NCBI GenBank assembly: GCA_964448705.1
Contig: CAYUZS010000002.1
Coordinates: forward strand, 49,577 to 113,576
Origin: an uncultured Gammaproteobacteria bacterium
GTDB lineage: Bacteria; Patescibacteriota; Microgenomatia; UBA12405
DNA: 64,000 nt
Reading direction: 5' to 3'
Shown here: in pieces, positions 38,662 through 49,089 of the stretch
Layout: each line of letters opens with the position of its first letter
Numbering within the stretch: the first letter of the stretch is position 1
Made by a program: the position numbers and the translations under genes
The notes under the pieces: generated by a model
Told to the model about the DNA's origin: nothing
Seen by the model: only the letters and a program-made list of their open reading frames with translations
Databases searched by the model: none

Positions 38662-40548
38662 ATGTGTGGTATTACTGGGAAGATATTTTTTAAAGATGGA
38701 ATAATAACTGATGATGATATTCTGAAAATGAACGATGCAATAAAGCATCGTGGACCTGATGATGGTGGGGTTTATGTTTCAACCGATAAAAAAGTTGGGT
38801 TAGGACATAGAAGGTTGTCAATTATTGATTTGTCCCCTCTCGGTCATCAGCCAATGAGTTATTTGGACAAGTATTGGATAGTTTTTAATGGGGAAATTTA
38901 TAATTACCAGGAAAGTCGTAACAAATTAGAAATGGAGGGGTATAAGTTTAACTCAATGTCTGATACTGAGGTTATAATGGCGCTGTATGATAAGTACGGA
39001 GTAAAGTGCCTGAGTTATCTACGTGGAATGTTTTCATTTGCGATCTATGATAAAGAAAAGGAAAAAGTTTTTTGTGCCAGAGATAGGGTGGGTAAAAAAC
39101 CCTTTAAATATTATTTAAACGATAAGGTATTTATTTTTGCTTCTGAGTTAAAAGCTATATTGACTCAATCGGAGTATAAGAAGGAAGTAGATTATCAAGC
39201 TATTCACCACTATTTAACATTTCAGTATGTTCCATCACCTTTAACAGGTTTTAAAGATATCTATAAACTGGAAGCTGCTCATTATTTACTCGTTGATTTA
39301 AAAACCAGAAAAATTGTAAAAAAGAAATATTGGAGTATAGATTATTCTCATAAGCTTAATTTAAGCGAAGATGCGTGGAAAAAACGTATTTTTGATAAAT
39401 TAGAAGAATCAGTTAAATTAAGAATGATATCTGATGTGCCCGTAGGTGCATTTTTGTCGGGGGGAATTGATTCAAGTGCGGTTGTAGGTATGATGAGTAA
39501 ATTATCAGATAGGCCAGTAAAAACTTTTACAATTGGATTTGAAGATAAGAAATACGACGAGACAAAGTACGCGAGTATTGTGGCAAAAAAGTTTAATACA
39601 GATCACACAGTATTTAGAGTAAAACCTGAGACTGTTGATATTTTGCCCTTGTTAGCAAATCATTACGAAGAACCATTTGCTGACAGTAGTGCTTTACCGA
39701 CCTATTACGTGTCTAAGTTGACTCGTGATAATGTAACTGTTGCTTTAAATGGAGACGGCGGTGATGAAAACTTTGGTGGTTACGAAAGATATAGTCTTCA
39801 AAAATTCAGTTTTATATATGATAATTTCCGATTATTGAACAGACTGGTAATTCCTGTAACCAGATATTTAAATAATGTATATAAGAATACTCTATTTGAT
39901 AGGGCAAATAAATTCGCATTATCAATGAATGAAGATTATAAATCGAGATATTTAAACTATATTTGTTATTTTGATAATAATGCAAAAAAGGAAATGTACA
40001 CGGATTCTTTCCTGAAGAAGGTTGTTAAAAACAATTCAGGTGATATTATTGTCAACAAATTCGATGAGTCTGGAACTAAAGATAAGATAGATCAGACTTT
40101 GTATACTGATTTTAATTCATACCTACCAGATGATTTGTTGGTAAAAGTTGATATCGCTACTATGGCGGTGGCACTTGAGGGTAGATCCCCTTTTCTTGAC
40201 CATGAGTTCTTGGAAATGACAGCAAAGATACCTTCTAATTTGAAACTTAAAGGTTTAACTGATAAAAAATATATTCTAAAGGAAGCACTTAGAGGTTTTG
40301 TTCCAAATGAAGTTATGTTTCGTCAAAAGATGGGGTTTGGAGTACCGATTGACAGTTGGTTTAGGGATGAATTATCAAAATATGTTAGTAATATCCTGCT
40401 TTCTGATAAGGCGGTTTCTCGAGGATTGTTTAAAGAAGATTATATAAGGAGATTGTTGAAGTCACATAATGAGACGAAAGTGAATCAATCATATCGGATT
40501 TGGGCACTTTTGATGTTAGAGTTGTGGTTTAGGGAGTACTTCGATTGA
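38662..40548 (+). CDS. asnB: Asparagine synthase (glutamine-hydrolysing)-like amidotransferase, likely glycan amidation
   Basis: MCGI (Ntn Cys), HRGPD, GHRRLSIID, FNGEIYN, LSGGIDSS, GDGGDENFGGY. Confidence 0.92.
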   Translation: MCGITGKIFFKDGIITDDDILKMNDAIKHRGPDDGGVYVSTDKKVGLGHRRLSIIDLSPLGHQPMSYLDKYWIVFNGEIYNYQESRNKLEMEGYKFNSMSDTEVIMALYDKYGVKCLSYLRGMFSFAIYDKEKEKVFCARDRVGKKPFKYYLNDKVFIFASELKAILTQSEYKKEVDYQAIHHYLTFQYVPSPLTGFKDIYKLEAAHYLLVDLKTRKIVKKKYWSIDYSHKLNLSEDAWKKRIFDKLEESVKLRMISDVPVGAFLSGGIDSSAVVGMMSKLSDRPVKTFTIGFEDKKYDETKYASIVAKKFNTDHTVFRVKPETVDILPLLANHYEEPFADSSALPTYYVSKLTRDNVTVALNGDGGDENFGGYERYSLQKFSFIYDNFRLLNRLVIPVTRYLNNVYKNTLFDRANKFALSMNEDYKSRYLNYICYFDNNAKKEMYTDSFLKKVVKNNSGDIIVNKFDESGTKDKIDQTLYTDFNSYLPDDLLVKVDIATMAVALEGRSPFLDHEFLEMTAKIPSNLKLKGLTDKKYILKEALRGFVPNEVMFRQKMGFGVPIDSWFRDELSKYVSNILLSDKAVSRGLFKEDYIRRLLKSHNETKVNQSYRIWALLMLELWFREYFD

Positions 40549-40549
40549 T

Positions 40550-41380
40550 TTAAAGTTTTTTAAATAGAATTTCATGACAGCCTAAACCCGAGCTTGATTT
40601 TGATTTTATAGTAGCAAACCCTTTTTTACCGAAATAGTTTATTAGTTCGTCAATTGTGGCAAATTCATAAGGGTATCCTCCTAACCAATCCTGAAGATCG
40701 GTAAAGAAACTCATACCTCGGGTGTTTGAGTAGGTTTTGATATATCTGATGGGATTTCTGAGTGTAAAAATAAGACCAAAGAACCATCTGATTAAATAAA
40801 TTGCTTCCATTAGTCTTTTTCCCATAGATCCGAAATTGTTGTAAGTTTTTTTAATCGTTACCCATAAGGTTGATGATCCAAACAGAAGTGTGTTTAAACC
40901 TTGGCACTTATTGTAAATGGCAATGTATAAATAACCGTTTTTGTTACACAGTTTCGTTATGTTTTCAAAAGCCTTGTTCATGTTGCCGGTGTGGTGAAGA
41001 ACACCCCAAGAATAGACAATATCATACTTACCTAGTTTGTCTACAAACTTATTATCTAAAATAGACCCCCTTTTTGTGGTCCAGTTTTTAGGATTACCGT
41101 TGTCTCGTTGAATTTTCTTGACACATTTAATTGAACTATCATCAATGTCAACACTAATAATTTTTTTGGCTTTAAGCTTATAGGAAGCCAGAGAAAATAT
41201 TCCACTTCCACAACCAATGTCTATAAAGGTGTGATTTTTTATTTCTTTTTGTGGCAAAAACTCGGTTAGTGAAATTTTTGCTTTTTCTAATTGTTTTGGT
41301 TCAATATCTTTAATAAATTTCCACCAGTTTTTACCAAAACTGAAATGATGTTTATTTTTATAGGTTTTTTCGTACAACAT
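40550..41380 (-). CDS. Class I SAM-dependent methyltransferase
   Basis: FSFGKNW, IDIGCGSG, DIVYSWGVLHHTG, DWLGGYPYE. Confidence 0.85.
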   Translation of the reverse strand: MLYEKTYKNKHHFSFGKNWWKFIKDIEPKQLEKAKISLTEFLPQKEIKNHTFIDIGCGSGIFSLASYKLKAKKIISVDIDDSSIKCVKKIQRDNGNPKNWTTKRGSILDNKFVDKLGKYDIVYSWGVLHHTGNMNKAFENITKLCNKNGYLYIAIYNKCQGLNTLLFGSSTLWVTIKKTYNNFGSMGKRLMEAIYLIRWFFGLIFTLRNPIRYIKTYSNTRGMSFFTDLQDWLGGYPYEFATIDELINYFGKKGFATIKSKSSSGLGCHEILFKKL

Positions 41381-42456
41381 TATTTTAGTATTTTTTCTAA
41401 TTTATAAATATTCTTATTAATATCATGATTTTTACAAACATAGTTAAAATTGTTTTTACCCAACTCTAAGCACAATTTTGGATTATTTATTAGCTCATTT
41501 ATTCCTATCAACATATTTTTGAATTTATTATGGAAGCTATACCCACAAATATATCTGTTTAAATAATTGTCGGGATTAACGGTTAGTGAAACAATTGGAA
41601 TTTTGGCAAGTCCGGCTTCGATAAATGTATTAGGAAAACCTTCATAGCTTGAAGTATTTATTAATAACTTTGCTTTGTTAAAATAGTTTTGAATTTCCAA
41701 AAACGGTACTTGGCTAATGATCTTTAGGTTGGTAAGGAACTTGCTTTGTCCATTTATTTTTTCCCATAATTGGTGGTCGTTATTTGGCATTATCATGACA
41801 AATTTTTCATCCGGAAAATTGCTGGCGATATCTAAAAATATTTGAGGTTGTTTAAGTTTTTGAGAAGAGCCAACCCACAAAATATAGCTTTTTTTAGTTC
41901 TCGGTTGTTTCTTAATAACATAGCTGTTTTTTATTATTACAGCGGATTTTTTGTAGGTTTTTTTTAGTAACTTTTTCTGTTCATTATTTTGAACTACAAT
42001 TGTGTTAGCTAAGCTTATACCTAGATTATAAAATATGCCTCGAATAGGGTGCAATTTTTTATATTTTCCATCGACATCAATTGTGCTTGCAGACATATAA
42101 ATAAATTTTTTGTTAAGTATTCTACTGATGATGGCGATAATACCTGTTTCTACACCGGCTGATCTCTGAATAAATACATTACTTTCTGAAATAAGTAATT
42201 CGTAGATAAATTTTGATATGAATTTTATTTGATTTAATATTTTAGGTGACAAATTACCTAGTTTGATTATTTTTATTTTCTCTATAATTTCAGTTTCGTG
42301 ATTATTATAACTAGCGGTGAGAATATCTACATCATAACCAATTTTGGATAGTTGTTTGGCTATTATGGAAAGCTGTAGTTCTGCACCGCCGAATGCACCT
42401 GGTTGTTTTTGGTTAAAAAGTGGATACGATTGAAAGGATACAAAGGTGATTTTCAT
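41380..42456 (-). CDS. GT4 glycosyltransferase
   Basis: GGAELQ, WVG...KQP, TSSYEGFPNTFIEA. Start reassigned to ATG 42456. Confidence 0.85.
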   Translation of the reverse strand: MKITFVSFQSYPLFNQKQPGAFGGAELQLSIIAKQLSKIGYDVDILTASYNNHETEIIEKIKIIKLGNLSPKILNQIKFISKFIYELLISESNVFIQRSAGVETGIIAIISRILNKKFIYMSASTIDVDGKYKKLHPIRGIFYNLGISLANTIVVQNNEQKKLLKKTYKKSAVIIKNSYVIKKQPRTKKSYILWVGSSQKLKQPQIFLDIASNFPDEKFVMIMPNNDHQLWEKINGQSKFLTNLKIISQVPFLEIQNYFNKAKLLINTSSYEGFPNTFIEAGLAKIPIVSLTVNPDNYLNRYICGYSFHNKFKNMLIGINELINNPKLCLELGKNNFNYVCKNHDINKNIYKLEKILK

Positions 42457-42463
42457 ATTAGTA

Positions 42464-43888
42464 TTAATTTGGACAGTATAGGTAAACACTTGGAGACTGG
42501 TCGCAGACATAATATTTACTTATGTATTCCTTAAATCTATTTCTGTTGTCCATAATGCTTTTTGGAACCACAAGTTTTAGGTCGTGGTGGATAATGAACA
42601 GATCATAAAAATAGTCATGATCATCTAAAAATGGTAGATCGGTAATTATAAAATTACCAATCAGAGGAAGTTTTTTGTCATAATAAAAAGAAACTGTTTG
42701 ACCAGTCAGGTAGATGTTGGGGTATTTTGAGATCCATTCTTCAACTTTACTGTTATCTTCGCTTGATAGTTGATTATTGTATTTGTGCATTGTTACCAGA
42801 GGGTTGTTAACTTTTGATATTGTGTAAATTAATAAAAGAGACAGAGACAATATTGAAAGCTTATCTATAAATGGTTTATTCGTGTTTTGTGTAGTTATTG
42901 ATATTGCAATCCACATTTCTATAGGAAACACTAACATCAAAAAATAATGTAAATATAATTTATCTCCTCCCAAGTATATTGAGAAAATGCCGATAAAAAT
43001 GGTAGAAACAAAAAAGATGATAAATGTTTGATAGTTTGAGTTAAGTTTAAATTTTTTAAAAGTAACTAAAAGACTTGAGAATAAACCAATTACCAAGCCA
43101 TAGATGATAGCCTTGCTGGTATATAGAAACTCGAAAATTTCTTGAGTTTTCCCGAAACTGATACCTGTATAAAATTTCTTATTATATGAATATATTCCAA
43201 GCATAAACCAACTTAGGCTGGTAGGTGAATATAAGTACGGAACGATGAAAATGAACCAGGGAGTTAAAAGACTAAAGTAAAAAAGTGAAAGCTTGGTAAG
43301 AGATTTAGTATTGATGAATATGGTGATGGAGGCTGGGATAGAAAGTAGAATATATGTTTGTTTAATCATCGATAGCCAACATATTAACAGCCCTCCATAA
43401 ATCAGATTAGGCCACTCTCTTTTACGTGTATTTAACGCAAACCATCCGTAAGTCAGCAAGAGTGGAAGTTTTAGTTGTTGCTCCGTCAATAGGTTATATT
43501 GACCTTCGATCAATTTCGAGTCACCAATAAATAATTCAAGTATTACAAATATAAGCCCTGCTAACTTACCGAAATGTTTGCTTAAGATTGCGTAACCAAT
43601 TATGTTGACCAAAACGGAAATGGTGAGTCCAATGATGCGTGCACTTAATTGGTTTCCAGTGTCGAAGACTCCGGAAATAACATGTGGAATGTACACGCCA
43701 AATGGCTTCTGATCAAAAGCATCAACGTATGGTAACTTTCCCTTAAGAATTATTTCTTTGCCGATGTATCCATGGACGACTTCATCATAAGATAATGGAA
43801 TACCAATATTATTTATTCTAGTGAATATGGTAATAAGGATTATTAGTATATAGATTAAGTTTGAGCTAAGTTTTTTTTCTATTTTCAT
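42464..43888 (-). CDS. GT-C (ArnT/PMT-like) membrane glycosyltransferase
   Basis: YDE after TM1, LPYVDAFDQKP, IKQ, YLHYF. Confidence 0.7.
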   Translation of the reverse strand: MKIEKKLSSNLIYILIILITIFTRINNIGIPLSYDEVVHGYIGKEIILKGKLPYVDAFDQKPFGVYIPHVISGVFDTGNQLSARIIGLTISVLVNIIGYAILSKHFGKLAGLIFVILELFIGDSKLIEGQYNLLTEQQLKLPLLLTYGWFALNTRKREWPNLIYGGLLICWLSMIKQTYILLSIPASITIFINTKSLTKLSLFYFSLLTPWFIFIVPYLYSPTSLSWFMLGIYSYNKKFYTGISFGKTQEIFEFLYTSKAIIYGLVIGLFSSLLVTFKKFKLNSNYQTFIIFFVSTIFIGIFSIYLGGDKLYLHYFLMLVFPIEMWIAISITTQNTNKPFIDKLSILSLSLLLIYTISKVNNPLVTMHKYNNQLSSEDNSKVEEWISKYPNIYLTGQTVSFYYDKKLPLIGNFIITDLPFLDDHDYFYDLFIIHHDLKLVVPKSIMDNRNRFKEYISKYYVCDQSPSVYLYCPN

Positions 43889-44987
43889 TCAATAGTTTTG
43901 CGGCATTAATTTCTGAAAAAATTTTGTAAAAAGATTTGGCAGTTGAGTATTCCCTAATAGCTTTATTACGACCGGCAGAGGATATTCTGACTCTTTCGTC
44001 TTCATGCTTCAAATAGTATTCGATTTTGTTAATTGCGTCTTTAACATTTCTGTAAGTAATAACTTCTTTCCCAACCTTGTAAATCTTTTTCGTTCCTTTT
44101 GTACAATCTGTAATGAGTAAACAACCATTTGCAGGAATTTCATAGTTTCTGACATTACTTGGACCATATGATAAGTGAAAATTTATTCCAATTTTACTAT
44201 TTTGATAATACTGAACTAGTTTTTTGTTTGACTTAATGGATTCAATATGGCCAATGCCATACATCTTTTTTATGAGTTTTAATATTACAGTTTTAAGATA
44301 GTTATCAGACTCGTTCCACCCCTTACCAAAAAACAACATTCTGTTACCAAAGTGTCTTTTAAGTCGAAAAATCCTAAACGTCTTTGATAGAAAACACGAA
44401 CCAACATAAATTAAATCGTACTGTCTTTTTTGTTGTGGTTTTGATAGTTTTCTGTATTTATTAATATTGAATCCAATGGGAATAAATTTAGATTTTTTAG
44501 CACCCCATGTTATATATTTTTGGGAAATTGTGGTGTGACTGTCATAATAAATTCCACCACAAAACGCATAATCATAGTCCTTGACATAGTATTTAGATGT
44601 TTCTTCGGCACCTTCCGGGTCATCAGCGAAATAGCAGGCGCAGTAGCTGACATTTCTAAGTGAGGTTATGAATTCTGAAGACCATGGGTATCCGCTGCCT
44701 AGAAATAAACAGAGGTCAATTTTGTATTTCTTTACGTAATCATGTATATATTTATATTCTCTAAGCACCGACTTTTTATGAGTTATAACCAAATGACTTT
44801 TATACGATCCCCGACCGGCTAGAATGAATTGGTTGGAAGTCTTATATAAGTGAACTTCAATTTGGTTATATTTAGCAATGGAGTTTAGTACCTCCTGTTT
44901 GTCAAGCTGTCCTCCAAATGATCCCTTATAAAAAATAACGACCTTTTTAATAGTTTTTTGCTGATTGTTTGTTATTTCAAAGATCAT
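43866..44987 (-). CDS. GT-B glycosyltransferase (CgeB/DUF3880-like)
   Basis: ADDP, YVGS, SKIGIN, RNYEIPANG, KIEYYLKHEDER. Confidence 0.78.
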   Translation of the reverse strand: MIFEITNNQQKTIKKVVIFYKGSFGGQLDKQEVLNSIAKYNQIEVHLYKTSNQFILAGRGSYKSHLVITHKKSVLREYKYIHDYVKKYKIDLCLFLGSGYPWSSEFITSLRNVSYCACYFADDPEGAEETSKYYVKDYDYAFCGGIYYDSHTTISQKYITWGAKKSKFIPIGFNINKYRKLSKPQQKRQYDLIYVGSCFLSKTFRIFRLKRHFGNRMLFFGKGWNESDNYLKTVILKLIKKMYGIGHIESIKSNKKLVQYYQNSKIGINFHLSYGPSNVRNYEIPANGCLLITDCTKGTKKIYKVGKEVITYRNVKDAINKIEYYLKHEDERVRISSAGRNKAIREYSTAKSFYKIFSEINAAKLLNENRKKT

Positions 44988-46284
44988 TCTGTACTTTATG
45001 CTGCATATAATCTGATTTTATCTGTTTGTTGGCATAGAATATGGCCGCCAAATAGATAGCTATTTGAGAGATAACATAAAAAGCTATGTTTTTGGTAATG
45101 ACAATCATAATGATAAATGTAAAAGGAATTATGGTACTTATAACAGATATCCTTTTAGCGTGATTTATTAGTAATATGTAGGCTAGTATTGACCAACAAA
45201 TGTTTAGATACGAAGAAAACGTAAATATCAGTGAGTAGAGATTGCTGTGTTGGTATGCTGACCCAAACAAAAGAATAAATAAGTTGACGGCGGCATATAT
45301 CGAAAATAACCAGACAGGACTTAGTTGGAAAAGTATTTTTTTTATTTTGATGATTGATGAGTAGAAGTTGCTTTTCTCCTGGATGAGGTACGGCCAATAG
45401 GCGTTCATAAATATAATCGTGAGAGTGGATAGGATGGATTGTGAAACGGCGTAGTAGGCACTAAATATTCCAAGTTTCTCTAACCCCATAAAATGTCCAA
45501 TAGTAAACTTTTCAAAACCGAGTAGGACACTTCCGATCAAACTAAGCAATAATATTTTGTTGTAATTAGCAAGAGTTTTTATTTCTTTCCTTGGGAAATT
45601 AAGATGCTTTAAGGGTAATTTGCCGGTGGTGAAAGACATTAGAAAAAAGCTAAGATAGCTAAGAATCAGAATGTGGATTAGATATTGATAATCAAAAGAT
45701 ATCTTTAGAAAAAGTGGTACAAGTAGAAACAAAAGTACAAGCGTCGACTCCACTATTTTGGCAACTGATTGGGCTTTAAACAAAAGGAAAGACTTTAGTA
45801 TAGAGTCAGAAAGAGACTTGTAAGCAATAAAGATGCCGGCTATTAGGGAGAGTATTAGATCGGATTTTTGTAGGGAGATTTTTCCTAACCATAGCTTTGA
45901 GGTCAAAAAGCCAATGGCGAAAACTATTGCTAGATTAATGGTAGAAATAATTATTGAAGCCCAAAAATATCTGTTTTTTGATGTTTCGTTGTCTGAATCT
46001 GAGGCGAATCTGGTAAGTCCGATATTAGTACCCAGAAGAATTAATAAAGAAAAAGTTGTTCCTAAGGAAATAATCGAGTTATATTTTCCAAACTGAAAAG
46101 GACCAAGTTTATTACCGATTGTTGTGGTAAAAATAAACATTATAATGGCAGAAAACAGTCCACCTATAAATGACCAGGTTAGGTAGTTAAACAATTTTTT
46201 TGCGTTTGAACCGATTTGGTGACCAAAGAACTTGGTATAGATGTTGTCTAATATACTAATCGTGTTGACAGGAAAAATGCTCAT
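44977..46284 (-). CDS. wzx: Wzx-type oligosaccharide flippase
   Basis: About 12 TM segments; LGPFQFGKY and LGIFSAY MOP-family pattern. Confidence 0.75.
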   Translation of the reverse strand: MSIFPVNTISILDNIYTKFFGHQIGSNAKKLFNYLTWSFIGGLFSAIIMFIFTTTIGNKLGPFQFGKYNSIISLGTTFSLLILLGTNIGLTRFASDSDNETSKNRYFWASIIISTINLAIVFAIGFLTSKLWLGKISLQKSDLILSLIAGIFIAYKSLSDSILKSFLLFKAQSVAKIVESTLVLLFLLVPLFLKISFDYQYLIHILILSYLSFFLMSFTTGKLPLKHLNFPRKEIKTLANYNKILLLSLIGSVLLGFEKFTIGHFMGLEKLGIFSAYYAVSQSILSTLTIIFMNAYWPYLIQEKSNFYSSIIKIKKILFQLSPVWLFSIYAAVNLFILLFGSAYQHSNLYSLIFTFSSYLNICWSILAYILLINHAKRISVISTIIPFTFIIMIVITKNIAFYVISQIAIYLAAIFYANKQIKSDYMQHKVQNDL

Positions 46285-46973
46285 TTAGTTTTTTTTGCTA
46301 ATAGTATAATTTGTTCGCCGAGGTTGATGTTAAATAAATGAATGAAGGGTATTGGTATCAACGTTTTAGTGGTTGGGAAATAGGCCTGATTGGTGGTAGC
46401 AGTGACAATCCTTAAATGTTTCTTTTTTAGAAAGATCGATAATTTTTGGAAATTAAGTATTTGGATATGGGTTGGATCGAATGATGAAGTTGTAGGTGTA
46501 TAACCGGCGAGTACCCTGATTCGTGAAGATAATGAACAAATATTTGGTGTTGATATTAAAAAGTATCCTTTTGGTTTCAAGACTCGACATATCTCGGCTA
46601 GATATAAGTCAATATTTTTTATATGTTCAACAACTTCGCTGGAAATAACGAAGTCAAAGTAGTTTTTTTTGTAAGGGAGTGGTGTCGTTTCGATGTCTAT
46701 TAGATGAGTGGTAATATGGCTTCTTTTTGCTATCTCTATGGCTTTAGAGGAAATATCAACAAGGTGAAGATTGGATTTTGGGAAGTAAAACCTGGATTTG
46801 TCTCCGGTACCGCCGCCAACATCAAGTACTTTTTTTAGGGGGTCGTCGTAGTGCTTGGTTATTTCTTTTACAGTGGTGATAAGTGACTGGACATTATGAC
46901 AGTAGGAACTAATATTTAAAGTGGTTTTAACGGTTGATGTAAAATATTTGTTCCAATGTTCCTGTTGATTCAT
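46281..46973 (-). CDS. Class I SAM-dependent methyltransferase
   Basis: VLDVGGGTG, FDFVISSEVVEH, RVLKPKG..ISTPN. Confidence 0.85.
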   Translation of the reverse strand: MNQQEHWNKYFTSTVKTTLNISSYCHNVQSLITTVKEITKHYDDPLKKVLDVGGGTGDKSRFYFPKSNLHLVDISSKAIEIAKRSHITTHLIDIETTPLPYKKNYFDFVISSEVVEHIKNIDLYLAEICRVLKPKGYFLISTPNICSLSSRIRVLAGYTPTTSSFDPTHIQILNFQKLSIFLKKKHLRIVTATTNQAYFPTTKTLIPIPFIHLFNINLGEQIILLAKKTK

Positions 46974-47043
46974 CTTGTGCTCCTGAATTGTAAAGTAAGT
47001 ATATCATTGAGAAGACACGGTAATTTGAATATACTTAGGGGAG

Positions 47044-49089
47044 ATGAAAACGCTGTGTCGATGGTGGTGGTTGCTGCTACTTATTTCTGTTTTTACATTA
47101 CTATTAAATAATAAGAAGCCGGTATCCTTGTGTCTAACTTTGCCGAAAAATAACGGTGAGTGTATGTTTTCACAAGAGAATATTTGGAAATATGACAGGG
47201 TGAGGGTTAGCCGGTTTGAGAGAAATATCGATTTTGGAAGGGTGGAGGGCAACGACTGGCGTTTGTCCGGCTTCAATGATTTGAAATTTGATATTTATAA
47301 CCAGGAAAATGGTGATTTGAACTGGAATGTTTGGGATAGGATGCGAAAAGAAAGAAACTACCCTTTTAAGGCTATATTTATTATTAAGTCTGAAGAGCTC
47401 AGTGCGATGGCAGAGAAGTTGAAAGTAAGCAATTTAGACTTTAGAGTTTCGTATAAAGGAAAATTAAATGATGGTGAGTATTTTGAGGACGGTAATGTAA
47501 GGGATTTAGCGGTTGATCGTGATAAGGATTTTAGATTGAGTTATCAGAACTATACTTGTGTTGATGATTCGGGTGATTGTTTGGAAGATGTTTCCAAGGT
47601 TAAGAGTATTAAACACGACGATGCCAGTTTGTATGTGACTGTAAAGAATAATAAGGGCGATTATATTGACCTTGGCACTGTTAACGGAATAGGAGTGAGC
47701 TTTTATATTGTTTATTTTGATATTGGTCTTATATTAGTGCTGTTGTTTTTGATGGTTGTAAAGCTTACTCCCTTACTGTTTGAGCTGCTGAGGAACTATA
47801 AGTTGGGGAACTTTATTAACTTTATTTTCTATTTTGTTAGTATATTTGTGTTCGTTAAGGTTTTAGCATTTATATATCTTAAATATTATCCACATTCTTT
47901 CGTAGCCGAATATTTTCCTTTTATTAAATATGCTTTAGTGGCAATAATGTTTCTATATACATTTGAGTATCTGTGGGAGAAGATTGTTGGGTTACACGAG
48001 AGAGTTGGCAGCAAGCTGTTTGTCGGTATTTTTGCAATGGTTATTGTGTCTTTGTATATTCTTTCCTGTTTAAATGGGTATTCGTTTAGACCGGAGTCGA
48101 TTTATTACAGTGCAGGCTTTGATCAATTAACTTACTACTCATGGTCGAGGGATATTTTGAGAGATAAGACGTTTTTTATAGAATCGACTGTTGTTTATTC
48201 AAAACCATTTTTCCTGTACTTTAAAGCCTTGATGATGATGGTGTTTGGAGACGACAACAAAGTTATGGATACGTTTTCACATTGGATGCTTTTATCGTTA
48301 CCGTTAATGTTTATAATTGCGTTTTTGATAAGACTTAAGAAAAGTGGTCGGACTATTAAAGAAAGGTTGATGAAGGTGTTTGGGGTGGAACTAATATTAC
48401 TATTAACTGTCTATTGGAACTTTATGATGAATGGTTGGTTCATAAGATTTATAGAAAATATTTCAGAAATGCCGGCTTGGTTTTTTATGGGAGCGGCGAC
48501 TTGTTTAGTGCCTTTTGTCGGTAAGGAAGGAGATAAGAAAGTAATAAAGGCGATTTCTATTTTTGTAGGATTGTCTTTATTGATGAGAACGACCATGATT
48601 ATTTATCTACCAATATTGTTGTTTGGTATGTTAATTATGTTTAAAAGCTTTGGATGGAAATTAATAAAAAAACTGTTGCCAATTGGTATCGGATTGGGAT
48701 TGTCTGGTTTACTGATACTAATACACTCTAAGCTAGGAGTAATAACAAGCAATGGTGTTAATAAGTATTTTAGTGATAATACTTCAATCAGTATTGGCCT
48801 TTTTACTATTTTTGAAAGATGGCATAAGTTAGTACCTACCGGTTATGAATTGTTTATATGGGTAATCCTAATTTTCTCACTTATAGTTAATACTGTTATT
48901 GTCAAAAGGTTGAATAGGATTATTCTTTTTATAGGTGTCATATTCATTACGTTAATTTTTGAACTACCCATGTTGAGTGAAATTTATGGTAATAGGGGTT
49001 TATTCTGGTTATATTGGATGCTTAGTTACTTGTCAGCAATTCTTATATTGGACGCTGTACATGCTAGTAAAGACTCCGATAATCGATAG
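47044..49089 (+). CDS. Large polytopic membrane protein (possible GT-C) with N-terminal extracytoplasmic domain
   Basis: 681 aa, many TM segments, GFDQLTY loop and SE motif; no firm family. Confidence 0.55.
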   Translation: MKTLCRWWWLLLLISVFTLLLNNKKPVSLCLTLPKNNGECMFSQENIWKYDRVRVSRFERNIDFGRVEGNDWRLSGFNDLKFDIYNQENGDLNWNVWDRMRKERNYPFKAIFIIKSEELSAMAEKLKVSNLDFRVSYKGKLNDGEYFEDGNVRDLAVDRDKDFRLSYQNYTCVDDSGDCLEDVSKVKSIKHDDASLYVTVKNNKGDYIDLGTVNGIGVSFYIVYFDIGLILVLLFLMVVKLTPLLFELLRNYKLGNFINFIFYFVSIFVFVKVLAFIYLKYYPHSFVAEYFPFIKYALVAIMFLYTFEYLWEKIVGLHERVGSKLFVGIFAMVIVSLYILSCLNGYSFRPESIYYSAGFDQLTYYSWSRDILRDKTFFIESTVVYSKPFFLYFKALMMMVFGDDNKVMDTFSHWMLLSLPLMFIIAFLIRLKKSGRTIKERLMKVFGVELILLLTVYWNFMMNGWFIRFIENISEMPAWFFMGAATCLVPFVGKEGDKKVIKAISIFVGLSLLMRTTMIIYLPILLFGMLIMFKSFGWKLIKKLLPIGIGLGLSGLLILIHSKLGVITSNGVNKYFSDNTSISIGLFTIFERWHKLVPTGYELFIWVILIFSLIVNTVIVKRLNRIILFIGVIFITLIFELPMLSEIYGNRGLFWLYWMLSYLSAILILDAVHASKDSDNR